Assembly: GCA_024682835.1 (NCBI GenBank)
Contig: JAIKYU010000096.1
Span: 3,101-67,100 of the forward strand
Origin: Lachnospiraceae bacterium
GTDB lineage: Bacteria > Bacillota > Clostridia > Lachnospirales > Lachnospiraceae
DNA length: 64,000 nt
Reading direction: 5' to 3'
Positions 1 to 8,205 of this stretch are shown here, piece after piece. Under the pieces are notes generated by a model. The model was not told the DNA's origin, searched no databases, and was given only the letters and a program-made list of their open reading frames with translations. Every line of letters begins with the position of its first letter. Position 1 is the stretch's first letter. Made by a program: the position numbers and the translations under genes.

Positions 1-146
1 ACCATCTCGTTTTTCTTATCCTCTTCCCGTCTGGCCTTCCACGCCTCGTAGCCTGCCGCACCAATCTTGGATGCTGCTTTGTAGAGCACATCCAGAATAT
101 TCAGCAGAAAATCCATGATATACTCCATCGGTGTCTTGTCACGCAT
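1..146 (-). CDS. Hypothetical protein, 5' part only (MRDKTPMEYIMDFLLNILDVLYKAASKIGAAGYEAWKARREEDKKNEM...)
   Basis: Read by hand, not in the ORF track; ATG at 146 preceded by a strong RBS (GAGGAGGAG); frame open to the window edge; same strand as the operon. Confidence 0.6.
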   Translation of the reverse strand, partial: MRDKTPMEYIMDFLLNILDVLYKAASKIGAAGYEAWKARREEDKKNEM

Positions 147-249
147 GACTCTTCTCCTCCTCTTTCCATTCACCTGCCGGTCACAGACACAACCCCTTCG
201 TATCTGATCAGTCGCTGCCGGTCACCCTCATCCATTCGAATCCGACCTG

Positions 250-549
250 TCACTGCCGGTTTCTGCCCGGCTGCTCCGCTTCCGCCGCTGTCTGTTTCAC
301 GCCGCCGAAGGAAAGCTCCACCGGATTCTTCACCACCCGTCTTTTTGCATGGGTCTCCGGTTCCGCGGTTCCGCTCTTTACCATCAGGTCGTCCAGCGAG
401 ATCTCCCGTACGTCAGATGCTTCCTTTGCCATTTCTTTCTTTTCCGCGGCTGAGCGTCCCGCCGTCGCCTGGAGCCTTCGCTTTAAATCGGTTTCCGCTG
501 AGAAATCAGCCCGTCTGATCACTTCCTCTGTATACTCCATTTCGGTCAC
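250..549 (-). CDS. Small charged hypothetical protein (99 aa)
   Basis: GTG start after a CAGGAGGG RBS; in operon context; no family recognised. Confidence 0.6.
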   Translation of the reverse strand: MTEMEYTEEVIRRADFSAETDLKRRLQATAGRSAAEKKEMAKEASDVREISLDDLMVKSGTAEPETHAKRRVVKNPVELSFGGVKQTAAEAEQPGRNRQ

Positions 550-630
550 CCTGTCCCTCCTGATCGATTGATCGTGTTCCGTCGTTCTGTATGATTATAT
601 GCGGCAGTGAGCAAAAAACCACGGAAACGA

Positions 631-3126
631 TCAGGAATCCTCGTTCGTCTCTTCCCCGTTGCCGCTTTGGATGTCATCCTCAGGTTTTGACGACGCAAAC
701 GGATCATCGTGATTGTCCGCAAGCGGATCCTTCTTCAGCTCCTCAAACGGATCCTTCTTCAGCTCCTCAAGCGGATCCTTCTTCAGATCGGCAAGCGGAT
801 CCTTTTTCATCTCTTCAAGCGGATCCTTCTTCAGCTCCTCAAGCGGATCCTTTTTCATCTCTTCAAGCGGATCCTTTTTCATCTCTTCAAGCGGATCCTT
901 TTTCATCTCTTCAAGCGGATCCTTTTTCATCTCTTCAAGCGGATCCTTTTTCATCTCTTCAAGTGGATCCTTTTTCATCTCTTCAAGCGGATCTCTCCTC
1001 AGCTCCTCAAGCGGATCCTTCTTCAGATCGGCAAGCGGATCCTGTCCGTCCAGAATATCGTGCATGGACAGATCGCCATCATCGAAGTCGCCATCGTTGA
1101 TGCTGCCGTCAACAAAGTCGCCCACGAGACCATCCCCGTTCAAATCCATTCCGGTAGAGCTCTCCGCCGCAAACTGTGCCATCTCATCAAGCTGCGACGA
1201 AAGCTGCTTCTCGTAAGCCTCCCGTTCCTTTCGTTCCTGCTCGTCCCGCTGACCGATCCAGACATACGGGTCCTGCTGGCTGCTGCCGGCATTGAGGAAG
1301 CCGTAATACGGCGTATCGAGGCCGCCGCCGGCGCCGGGCTCCCCATGGGTGTGCGGAGAAGCTGTTCCCGTAAAGGCCTGACTGCTCTCATCCGTCTCCT
1401 CATCGAAGAGACTCTTTCCTCCCACATCGAAGATGGTTTCAAATCCGTCATCCTCCGTTTCCCTGTGGGAGAGCAGATCCGACATCGCCTCATTCCGTTT
1501 CGGAGTGACCTGCGTATTTGTCGGCTTTCCTTCGTCGTTTTTGGTTCCCGTAAACTGGGTTCCTGTCTGCGGCGTGACAGAGCCCGGCTCGGTTTTGCTG
1601 CCGTTAAACTGCACATTTTCGGGTCCGTTTCCGGCATTCTTGCTGCCGAAGGCATCACCCACGCCGGGGGTGGGATTGCCGCCGCTCATCAGTCCCTTGT
1701 CCTTCAGATATCCCGTCACGGAGTCCACGCCCTTGTCAAAGACATAACCGGCAACTTTTTTCACCGGATAGGCGGCGATTTTCATGATTGACGTGGTGAT
1801 GGTCGCCCCCTGGGTCATCATGATGCCTTCCCGCCTTCCTGCTTCTGCGCTCAGAATTCCCGTCACCACGGGCCCCACCTGTGTGATGGCATAAGCGCCC
1901 GCAAGCGTAAAGGCCATCCTGGTGATATAATCCACTGCCGGCGTCGTTCCCTCCCCGAAAAATGCAATTTTACCCGAAAAAACCAGTCCGATCACGCTCA
2001 GGTAGACATTCATTCCCACAACGGTTCCGTAACCGGAAAACAGCCGTCCGAGGAACAGCTCCTGCCATTTTTTAAAGCGTTCGCCGTCGTCCATCGGCAT
2101 GGTCGCCGCAAAAAACGGTTCCACCAACAGCAGAAGAAGCGAATCAAAGATCCTCGCGATCATGCTGACCGCCATAATTCCCAGCAGATAGATGTAAAGA
2201 ATCGCCCCGCCGATGAGCAGGAGGTAGTCCATTCTCCGGATATCAAAGGTCTTCAGCACCTCGTAGAGGAGTGTCCGCTTCTTGTGATTGTAGATGCCGC
2301 TGTTTACGGAATCCCCCCGGTAGTAGGTCAGCCGGTATTTGTCCTCCAGGCCGAAATCGGCCACCTGCGATGCCTTTGACTTGTCTGCCTTGGAAAGCGC
2401 CGCCGACCGTGTCGAGGAGTTGTAATACACCGCATCGGCGAAGTCCTGTTCCCTGACCGCGTCCAGTGTGGACATCGTGAACAGGATATCCGACACCGCC
2501 GACTGATGCGGGTTGGTGGCAATGACAACGGCCTTCATCACCGCATCCCCCAGGGCGACCATAAACAATGCCATGACCGGAATGAGGATGAATCGAAGGA
2601 GCGCCTGTGCCGTCATGCGCATCACCTTGCCGACAGGTCGTCCTTTTTTGTCGCCCAGGCTGATATCGCCCACGGATTTGACGGTGGCGATGACCGCAAC
2701 CAGGAAACACAGTGCAAAACTCGCCAGAATCATTCCAAGCATGGCCTGCCGGATCACGTCCGACTTCACCAGTGCAAGGAGGAGGGAGCCCTGCCGTTCC
2801 ATTTTGCCCCCGTTCTGCACGTAGACGGGATCGATGCCCGCAAACATCCTGAAGGTCCCCTCCACCGCATCCAGCGCCCAGAGGACCACCCTTGAAACCT
2901 GAAACAGTTTGTCATAGATGAAGTTTTCAAAAAGCGTCTTAACCAGCTCCACCTGAATTGACAGGGCCGCTTCCAGAATCGGGAGCAGGATGTTCTCAAA
3001 CAAAAGCTTCATGATCTCGGACATGATGCTCTGGATTTTATTAAAGACAGGCGAAAGCGCGTGATCATACACCCAGTTGATCGCGTCCTGAAGCCAGCCC
3101 AGTTGAACGTAGGTCATCCCGTTCAT
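631..3126 (-). CDS. VirB6/TrbL-like polytopic membrane protein, paralog 1, with long acidic repeat tail
   Basis: Several hydrophobic segments; shares P[ML]DDGxxFKxWxE[LM]F with the two ORFs at 8206-11693; same operon as VirB4/VirD4. The VirB6 label rests on topology and context. Confidence 0.7.
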   Translation of the reverse strand: MNGMTYVQLGWLQDAINWVYDHALSPVFNKIQSIMSEIMKLLFENILLPILEAALSIQVELVKTLFENFIYDKLFQVSRVVLWALDAVEGTFRMFAGIDPVYVQNGGKMERQGSLLLALVKSDVIRQAMLGMILASFALCFLVAVIATVKSVGDISLGDKKGRPVGKVMRMTAQALLRFILIPVMALFMVALGDAVMKAVVIATNPHQSAVSDILFTMSTLDAVREQDFADAVYYNSSTRSAALSKADKSKASQVADFGLEDKYRLTYYRGDSVNSGIYNHKKRTLLYEVLKTFDIRRMDYLLLIGGAILYIYLLGIMAVSMIARIFDSLLLLLVEPFFAATMPMDDGERFKKWQELFLGRLFSGYGTVVGMNVYLSVIGLVFSGKIAFFGEGTTPAVDYITRMAFTLAGAYAITQVGPVVTGILSAEAGRREGIMMTQGATITTSIMKIAAYPVKKVAGYVFDKGVDSVTGYLKDKGLMSGGNPTPGVGDAFGSKNAGNGPENVQFNGSKTEPGSVTPQTGTQFTGTKNDEGKPTNTQVTPKRNEAMSDLLSHRETEDDGFETIFDVGGKSLFDEETDESSQAFTGTASPHTHGEPGAGGGLDTPYYGFLNAGSSQQDPYVWIGQRDEQERKEREAYEKQLSSQLDEMAQFAAESSTGMDLNGDGLVGDFVDGSINDGDFDDGDLSMHDILDGQDPLADLKKDPLEELRRDPLEEMKKDPLEEMKKDPLEEMKKDPLEEMKKDPLEEMKKDPLEEMKKDPLEELKKDPLEEMKKDPLADLKKDPLEELKKDPFEELKKDPLADNHDDPFASSKPEDDIQSGNGEETNEDS
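697..1041 (-). repeat. In-frame 24-bp tandem repeat, 15 DP[LF]-initiated units (consensus peptide DPLEEMKK)
   Basis: GGATC recurs every 24 nt from about 701 to 1041; AAGCGGATCCTTTTTCATCTCTTC is identical five times over 841-960 and once at 793-816. Confidence 0.97.
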
Positions 3127-3144
3127 GCAAATCCCATCCCGTCC

Positions 3145-4299
3145 CTATCGAACCCGTATCCTTTGTCCGGCCGTGAACACCAGCGCAGCCGCCGCAAGCA
3201 GCAGAACCGCCGCACAGATCCCCACAAGCTTCCAGGGAATCTCCCCGCGCCGTTCGATGACAAAACTATAAAACCGCATATTGCCTGTTGCATCGGATAC
3301 CGTGATATAGTAATGCCCGGCGGCAGCCAGCACGTGCGTGGGCGAAACGGCAGGCTGTCCGTTGTACAGGATCTCCACCTGTGCATCCTTCTCCGACACA
3401 TCAAAGGCCACCTCGCCGGTGAACATCCCGTTATGGATCTCCCCGTCCCACTTAATCGACGGCGGTGTCGTGTCCCGGACAAAGGTCTCCGAAAAGTCTT
3501 CGGGAAGACCGGTGATCCTGCTTTTGGGCCGGAAGCTCACTTCATAGAGTCCGTCCTGTATAAGCTCAAGGTATTTCCCGTCCTTCACCTCCACCGGCCG
3601 GTGATCCACTAAGACAGATGCGACCTCATAACTCTCCGGCGCCCACAGAAAGGATTCTGTCACGGGAATCTGCGTGCTGACGATCCGGAAGGTGCCCGAG
3701 ATATAGCTGCGCTGCTCCGCCTGGTCTCCATGGGCGATAAAGGCGTACTGTCCGGTCTCGCGAAAGAAATAATGCCCCTCCTCATCACAGGAGGCGGTCA
3801 CATCCTCACCGTCCCTTGTCACGGCAAAGATCGACATGCCGCCCTCCGGCATCAGCGCCACCGCATGATCCGCCCAGCTGCCCATCGGCGTCGACAGGCA
3901 AAGGGCGCTGCCGGTCGACAGGATATAGCGGTACAGGCCGCTTCCCCTGTCAAAACCAGTCTGAAACCCCGCAAGGGGCATGACCCTGTGATCCGAGTCC
4001 TCCACGAAGCGGTCCAGGATTTCATCGGACGGAAGCATCTCCCGGATCAGATTTCTGGCGTCCTCATCCTCAATCCCGTCATAGATGGAACCGGCGGGAT
4101 TGCTGCCGATGGTGTAGGGCGCATCCCGATCGATGTCCTCCTGCATCTCATCCAGCAGCTGCTGCTTCTCCTGCTCCGTCATGCCCTCCGGAAACTCATC
4201 CTCCTCCGCATAAACGGGAACAGACAGCCATGCGGTCACAAGCAGCACTGCTGCCAGACAGAGCCCGGTTTTTCCGACGCTTCCTGCCATCTTCCGCAC
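3145..4299 (-). CDS. Surface protein with signal peptide, Ig-like modules and C-terminal TM anchor (paralog of 11765-13726)
   Basis: N-terminal signal (..PVYA/EE); RDTTPP...VSDATGN Ig-like motif; C-terminal TM followed by QRIRVR. Confidence 0.75.
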   Translation of the reverse strand: MRKMAGSVGKTGLCLAAVLLVTAWLSVPVYAEEDEFPEGMTEQEKQQLLDEMQEDIDRDAPYTIGSNPAGSIYDGIEDEDARNLIREMLPSDEILDRFVEDSDHRVMPLAGFQTGFDRGSGLYRYILSTGSALCLSTPMGSWADHAVALMPEGGMSIFAVTRDGEDVTASCDEEGHYFFRETGQYAFIAHGDQAEQRSYISGTFRIVSTQIPVTESFLWAPESYEVASVLVDHRPVEVKDGKYLELIQDGLYEVSFRPKSRITGLPEDFSETFVRDTTPPSIKWDGEIHNGMFTGEVAFDVSEKDAQVEILYNGQPAVSPTHVLAAAGHYYITVSDATGNMRFYSFVIERRGEIPWKLVGICAAVLLLAAAALVFTAGQRIRVR

Positions 4300-4311
4300 A
4301 CGGCAAGGCGC

Positions 4312-4617
4312 TTAACGCCCCTTGCCGCCGATCTGTGCATGCGGCTGCATCTGAGGTTCCTGCATGACCTGTCTGGCCACCGCGCGAGCCTGACGAACAC
4401 GCTCCTGATGCCTGGCCTCCTCCTTGGCGACAAGCTGCTCAAAGGTGATGATCCGGACCCCGGGTCTTGCTTCCTCACTCTGCGCGGTGTCGCCGCCGAT
4501 CTTCAGGCGCTGCGCCGGCTTAAAGCCGTTCTGCTTTCTTCGATCCCGCTCCTGTTCAAGCACGGAGAGACGTTTTGCCCAGATCGCCTTGTTTTTTTCG
4601 CTGTCAAAGTATGCCAT
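4312..4617 (-). CDS. Small soluble charged hypothetical protein (101 aa)
   Basis: AGAGGTGG RBS and ATG; 12 and 21 nt gaps to neighbours. Confidence 0.75.
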   Translation of the reverse strand: MAYFDSEKNKAIWAKRLSVLEQERDRRKQNGFKPAQRLKIGGDTAQSEEARPGVRIITFEQLVAKEEARHQERVRQARAVARQVMQEPQMQPHAQIGGKGR

Positions 4618-4638
4618 ATCCCACCTCTTTTCGAATCC

Positions 4639-5469
4639 TTACTCCATGCCGGACAATACGGCATTCAGGAGCGTTGCCTGCGCGGCCTGTCTGCCGGAAA
4701 AAACCGCCACATAATGCTCCTTCGGACCGCCGGCGATCTCCTGCATCTGCAGTGCATTCGGGAAGCTCCTTACCAGCGAGATGGCGTCCCGCTCGGAAAA
4801 GATGCCCATATTGATCGCCCGGTCGCGGATATCCTCGCCGAGAGCGATGGCATCCGTATAGGTGCGCGGAGTGATGAAGCTGTAGTTGTCCGTCTTTTCC
4901 GCCGTCACCTGTACGGTATCCATGACGCCGACGGAATAGCCGGTCATCAGCGCCAGGGAGTCCGTGTAATCATGCAGCATCGTCACCAGGAACAGACCGC
5001 ATCGGCTGTATTCATCCGAGACGGCATAGCCCGTGAGATTCCGTTCGGAGGAAATCCTTCCGAAGGCCACATCCGCCGCACCGGTGTCAAGCATCGTCAG
5101 CGCCTCATTCACAGTGGACGTCTCAATGAGTTTCAGCTCCAGTCCCTCCGTTTCGGCCAGCGCGGCAGCAATTGAGGGTTCTGTTCCGGCAAGCTTTCCC
5201 GTGTCATCATGATAGGCGTAGCGGTCGTCTCCGAAAACCACCGCTGCCGTCAGCACGCCCGGCGTCACCAGCCTGACCTCTCTGCTTTTTCCTTTCCCGA
5301 TCGTTGCAACCGCTATCAACAGAATGATCAGAATGACCAGAACGAGTGCAATAACCGGCAAAACCCAGGGACGACCGCCAAGGAGACCGCCAGATTTCAG
5401 TTTGTCCGTAAGACCGGCAAGCAGACCGCCCGGACCCTTTTTTTCACCGTTTTTATTCTCTTCCGCCAT
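4639..5469 (-). CDS. Family 3 (polar amino acid) substrate-binding-like protein with N-terminal TM anchor
   Basis: G..Y.Y.D..G.L.G.E...A.ALA..EGL.L...L.TG.ADV...RISSER...SDEY pattern; single N-terminal TM and no lipobox. Confidence 0.75.
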   Translation of the reverse strand: MAEENKNGEKKGPGGLLAGLTDKLKSGGLLGGRPWVLPVIALVLVILIILLIAVATIGKGKSREVRLVTPGVLTAAVVFGDDRYAYHDDTGKLAGTEPSIAAALAETEGLELKLIETSTVNEALTMLDTGAADVAFGRISSERNLTGYAVSDEYSRCGLFLVTMLHDYTDSLALMTGYSVGVMDTVQVTAEKTDNYSFITPRTYTDAIALGEDIRDRAINMGIFSERDAISLVRSFPNALQMQEIAGGPKEHYVAVFSGRQAAQATLLNAVLSGME

Positions 5470-5484
5470 GATACTTTACCCCTT

Positions 5485-8202
5485 TCACATGGTGAACAAC
5501 GCTTCTATTCCGTCGCCCGCCACAATATTCACGTTGGTACGCTCGCTGGGCGAGGTGATGACAAAGGCCCGTCCGCGTCCGTTGTTGATGATGTCATCCT
5601 GTTCGCTTTCATTGATGGCGCCGGCATTCTCATAAAGCTTCACCAGATCGGTCATATCGTTGGGCGCCAGCGGGAAGATGAAGCTGTACTGGCTCGCGTT
5701 GATGATGGCCGTGGATTTGCGTGCCAGCTCCTCGGTGCCCACAAAATCCTTGATATTCTGCGTGATGACGATCTGCATACCGTTGTATTTCCGGATGCGC
5801 TTGGCCAGCTGGAACATGAAATCCAGCGCGATCGGGAATTTCTCGTCAATAAAGACATGCGCCTCATCGATGACGACGACGATCTTGCGGTTGGCGCCGT
5901 AGGCCATGTTGTATTCCCGGTTTTTGATGACCTCATTGTCAAGCCACTTCAGCACCAGCAGCATCTGCGCATTGGCCACTGTCCCGTTCTTGTTGGCAAG
6001 AAGAGACTGGAAATCGAAAACCACGAAGTTTTCATCGGTCGTGATGGACGCCGGTCCGTTCCAGAGCTGTGAATCTCTGCCGCCGGAGGCAAATTTGCTG
6101 ATGTAATTGGTCAGCACGCGCAGGTTGTTCTTGGAATAATCCCCCTTGGTCATCTGATAATCGTTCAGGATCTTGTCATACAGGTCGTCAAAGGTGGGAT
6201 AATCCTCCGCGGTGAGCTTTGACAGATCGGTGTACTCGTCGATCCCCTTTTCCTCGTACATCTGCGCCGTGACATTGTTCAACTGCTCCAGCGCGTCATT
6301 GCTGATCCCGGGCAGAATCTGCCGGTAAAACTCCTCCAGAAACTGCAGGTGAGTGGAGAAGCTCACCGCGCTCTCATTACCAAGGTTTCCGCTGTCCTCC
6401 CCGTTTTCCGTGTCATCGGAAAGGGAGGTGATGATGTGGAACGGGTTGAGGCGCCCCTGCGTGGCACTGCCCACATCGATCACCTTGCCGTGAAGTCCCT
6501 TGGCCATTTTCGTGTACTCGTTTTCCGGATCCAGAATAAAGATCTTGGAGTTTTCCGCGGCCAGCTGTGCCAGAATGGACTTGGTGGCATAGGATTTACC
6601 GGATCCGGATTTACCGATGATGACCGTATTGGAATTGACACGCTCGCTGTCTCTCTTAAAGAAGTCGACAAACACCGGCACACCGGCGGAATTGCCGATG
6701 AAAAGTCCGTTCTTGTCGTTCAGGCTCTTGTAAACAAAAGGAAAAGCCGCCGCAACGGAACCGGAATGGATGCCGCGCTCATACTTTTCGAAGGCATCAA
6801 AGCCGCCCATGGATCCTGACACATAGCCCTCGAATTCCTGCATGAACATATCCGTCACCTTGAAGCCCTCTTCGGCCAGCTGTCTGCGGACCTCCTTCTT
6901 CATGGCGTTCACCGCGCTGCTGTTCATCTTCACGCCGCTTTTGGTGGCCTCCGAGAGCTTGTAGTCATTCACCTGAATGTAGGTGTTCACATTGAAGAGC
7001 ATCTCGTTCTCGCCCTGCAGGAGTCTTAACACATTGGCCAGCGCCTGGATCTGGGTGTTGAGATCGATGATCTTGGAGGCGCGCCCGGTCTCGTTATGCT
7101 GGCTGCGCAGCTCCTCCAGGGACCGGTCAATCTGACGGATGGCCTTGCCGCGCTCCACCGGCGTCATGCGCATCACCACCTTGGTGCCGACATCATTGTA
7201 GAGCGTCGCCGCCCAGGCATTGCCCACCACCACCGGATAATCGCGCAACCTGAACTGATGAGTGATCAGATCATCATACCAGACCTGCCTCGTGGTGAAT
7301 TTGACCCTGTCCGGCAGAATCCAGTCCATGTACTGTTCGGGTGCCAGATGATCCGCCTCCCGCTCGTCAAAGGTCATGCCGTAGTTGTATTTGAGGAAGA
7401 CAGCCAGTTCCTTTCCGGTCAGCTGATGCGCTTCGATGTTGTTCTGATTAAACTGCGTGACACAGTTTTCCGCCTGGCTCTGAATCAGCGCGCGATCCTT
7501 GTCAATAAACACCACGTAATGGAAGGGTTGAAAGATCCTTTCCTTGAAGTTCATGGTCTTAAGCTGCTCGATGCGGTCCTGCACGATGCCCACCCGGACC
7601 GTCAGCTCATCATTGGTGAGCAGCCCGTTCATGTAGGCTTCCTCGAGGTCGGCAAGCTTGTCCTGTTCATTGGCGATACAGTCGTCATAGACCAGCGGCC
7701 TGTCCAGCTTGACTAACAGCACCTGCTCCCCATCCACCGCCGTCCGGAGGATTCCGCCGAACACACGGTCGATCATGCTGTTCTGCCGGTTTTCCGTGTA
7801 GAAGCGGAATTCCACGGAGGGAATATTGACCACCGTGGCGCAGTATTCTCCGCCGTATTCGATGAATTTCCCGTCAATTCCTGTGAAGGATGTGATGTCC
7901 TCCACGGAGAGCGCGTCCCCCTTTTTGCTCTCCCCGTCGCCCCGTTTTTTAAAGCTTCTGGGTCTGCCGAGATAGCGCAGGAAGTAGATGATCATCAGAT
8001 ATCCCTTGTCGTCGTCAATCGGGATGATCAGCGCCGCGGTAATCACCGCCACGATGATGGCCATAGCCCAGTGTCCGGGGACGTTGGCCATCGCCAGCAT
8101 CACCGTGAGTGCCGCGCCGATGGCTCCAACGAACACATCGACGACCTCCAGTCCCGGAAACAACTCCAGTCTGACTTTTGTTTTCTTAGGTATTACCCGC
8201 AT
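5485..8202 (-). CDS. virB4: VirB4-family T4SS ATPase with fused N-terminal PrgI/VirB3-like TM domain
   Basis: Walker A GKSGSGKS, Walker B VVVIDEAH, RIRKYNG and ITQNIKDF motifs; two N-terminal TM segments. Confidence 0.9.
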   Translation of the reverse strand: MRVIPKKTKVRLELFPGLEVVDVFVGAIGAALTVMLAMANVPGHWAMAIIVAVITAALIIPIDDDKGYLMIIYFLRYLGRPRSFKKRGDGESKKGDALSVEDITSFTGIDGKFIEYGGEYCATVVNIPSVEFRFYTENRQNSMIDRVFGGILRTAVDGEQVLLVKLDRPLVYDDCIANEQDKLADLEEAYMNGLLTNDELTVRVGIVQDRIEQLKTMNFKERIFQPFHYVVFIDKDRALIQSQAENCVTQFNQNNIEAHQLTGKELAVFLKYNYGMTFDEREADHLAPEQYMDWILPDRVKFTTRQVWYDDLITHQFRLRDYPVVVGNAWAATLYNDVGTKVVMRMTPVERGKAIRQIDRSLEELRSQHNETGRASKIIDLNTQIQALANVLRLLQGENEMLFNVNTYIQVNDYKLSEATKSGVKMNSSAVNAMKKEVRRQLAEEGFKVTDMFMQEFEGYVSGSMGGFDAFEKYERGIHSGSVAAAFPFVYKSLNDKNGLFIGNSAGVPVFVDFFKRDSERVNSNTVIIGKSGSGKSYATKSILAQLAAENSKIFILDPENEYTKMAKGLHGKVIDVGSATQGRLNPFHIITSLSDDTENGEDSGNLGNESAVSFSTHLQFLEEFYRQILPGISNDALEQLNNVTAQMYEEKGIDEYTDLSKLTAEDYPTFDDLYDKILNDYQMTKGDYSKNNLRVLTNYISKFASGGRDSQLWNGPASITTDENFVVFDFQSLLANKNGTVANAQMLLVLKWLDNEVIKNREYNMAYGANRKIVVVIDEAHVFIDEKFPIALDFMFQLAKRIRKYNGMQIVITQNIKDFVGTEELARKSTAIINASQYSFIFPLAPNDMTDLVKLYENAGAINESEQDDIINNGRGRAFVITSPSERTNVNIVAGDGIEALFTM

Positions 8203-8205
8203 ACG

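Noticed and set aside
147-262. Triple CTGCCGGT(CAC) motif and a 21-aa mini-ORF (MDEGDRQRL...)
   Set aside because: Short GC-rich matches at irregular spacing, one inside a CDS; the mini-ORF has no convincing RBS
697-1041. 24-bp repeat as a CRISPR array or a GATC methylation array
   Set aside because: Units are head to tail with no unique spacers, stay in frame in a CDS, and no cas genes are present; the GGATCC in each unit is explained by the Asp-Pro codons
591-1791. Plus-strand repeat ORFs (591-1100, 709-1791, 713-1216)
   Set aside because: Shadow frames of the stop-free repeat inside the 631-3126 gene; no RBS and no independent evidence
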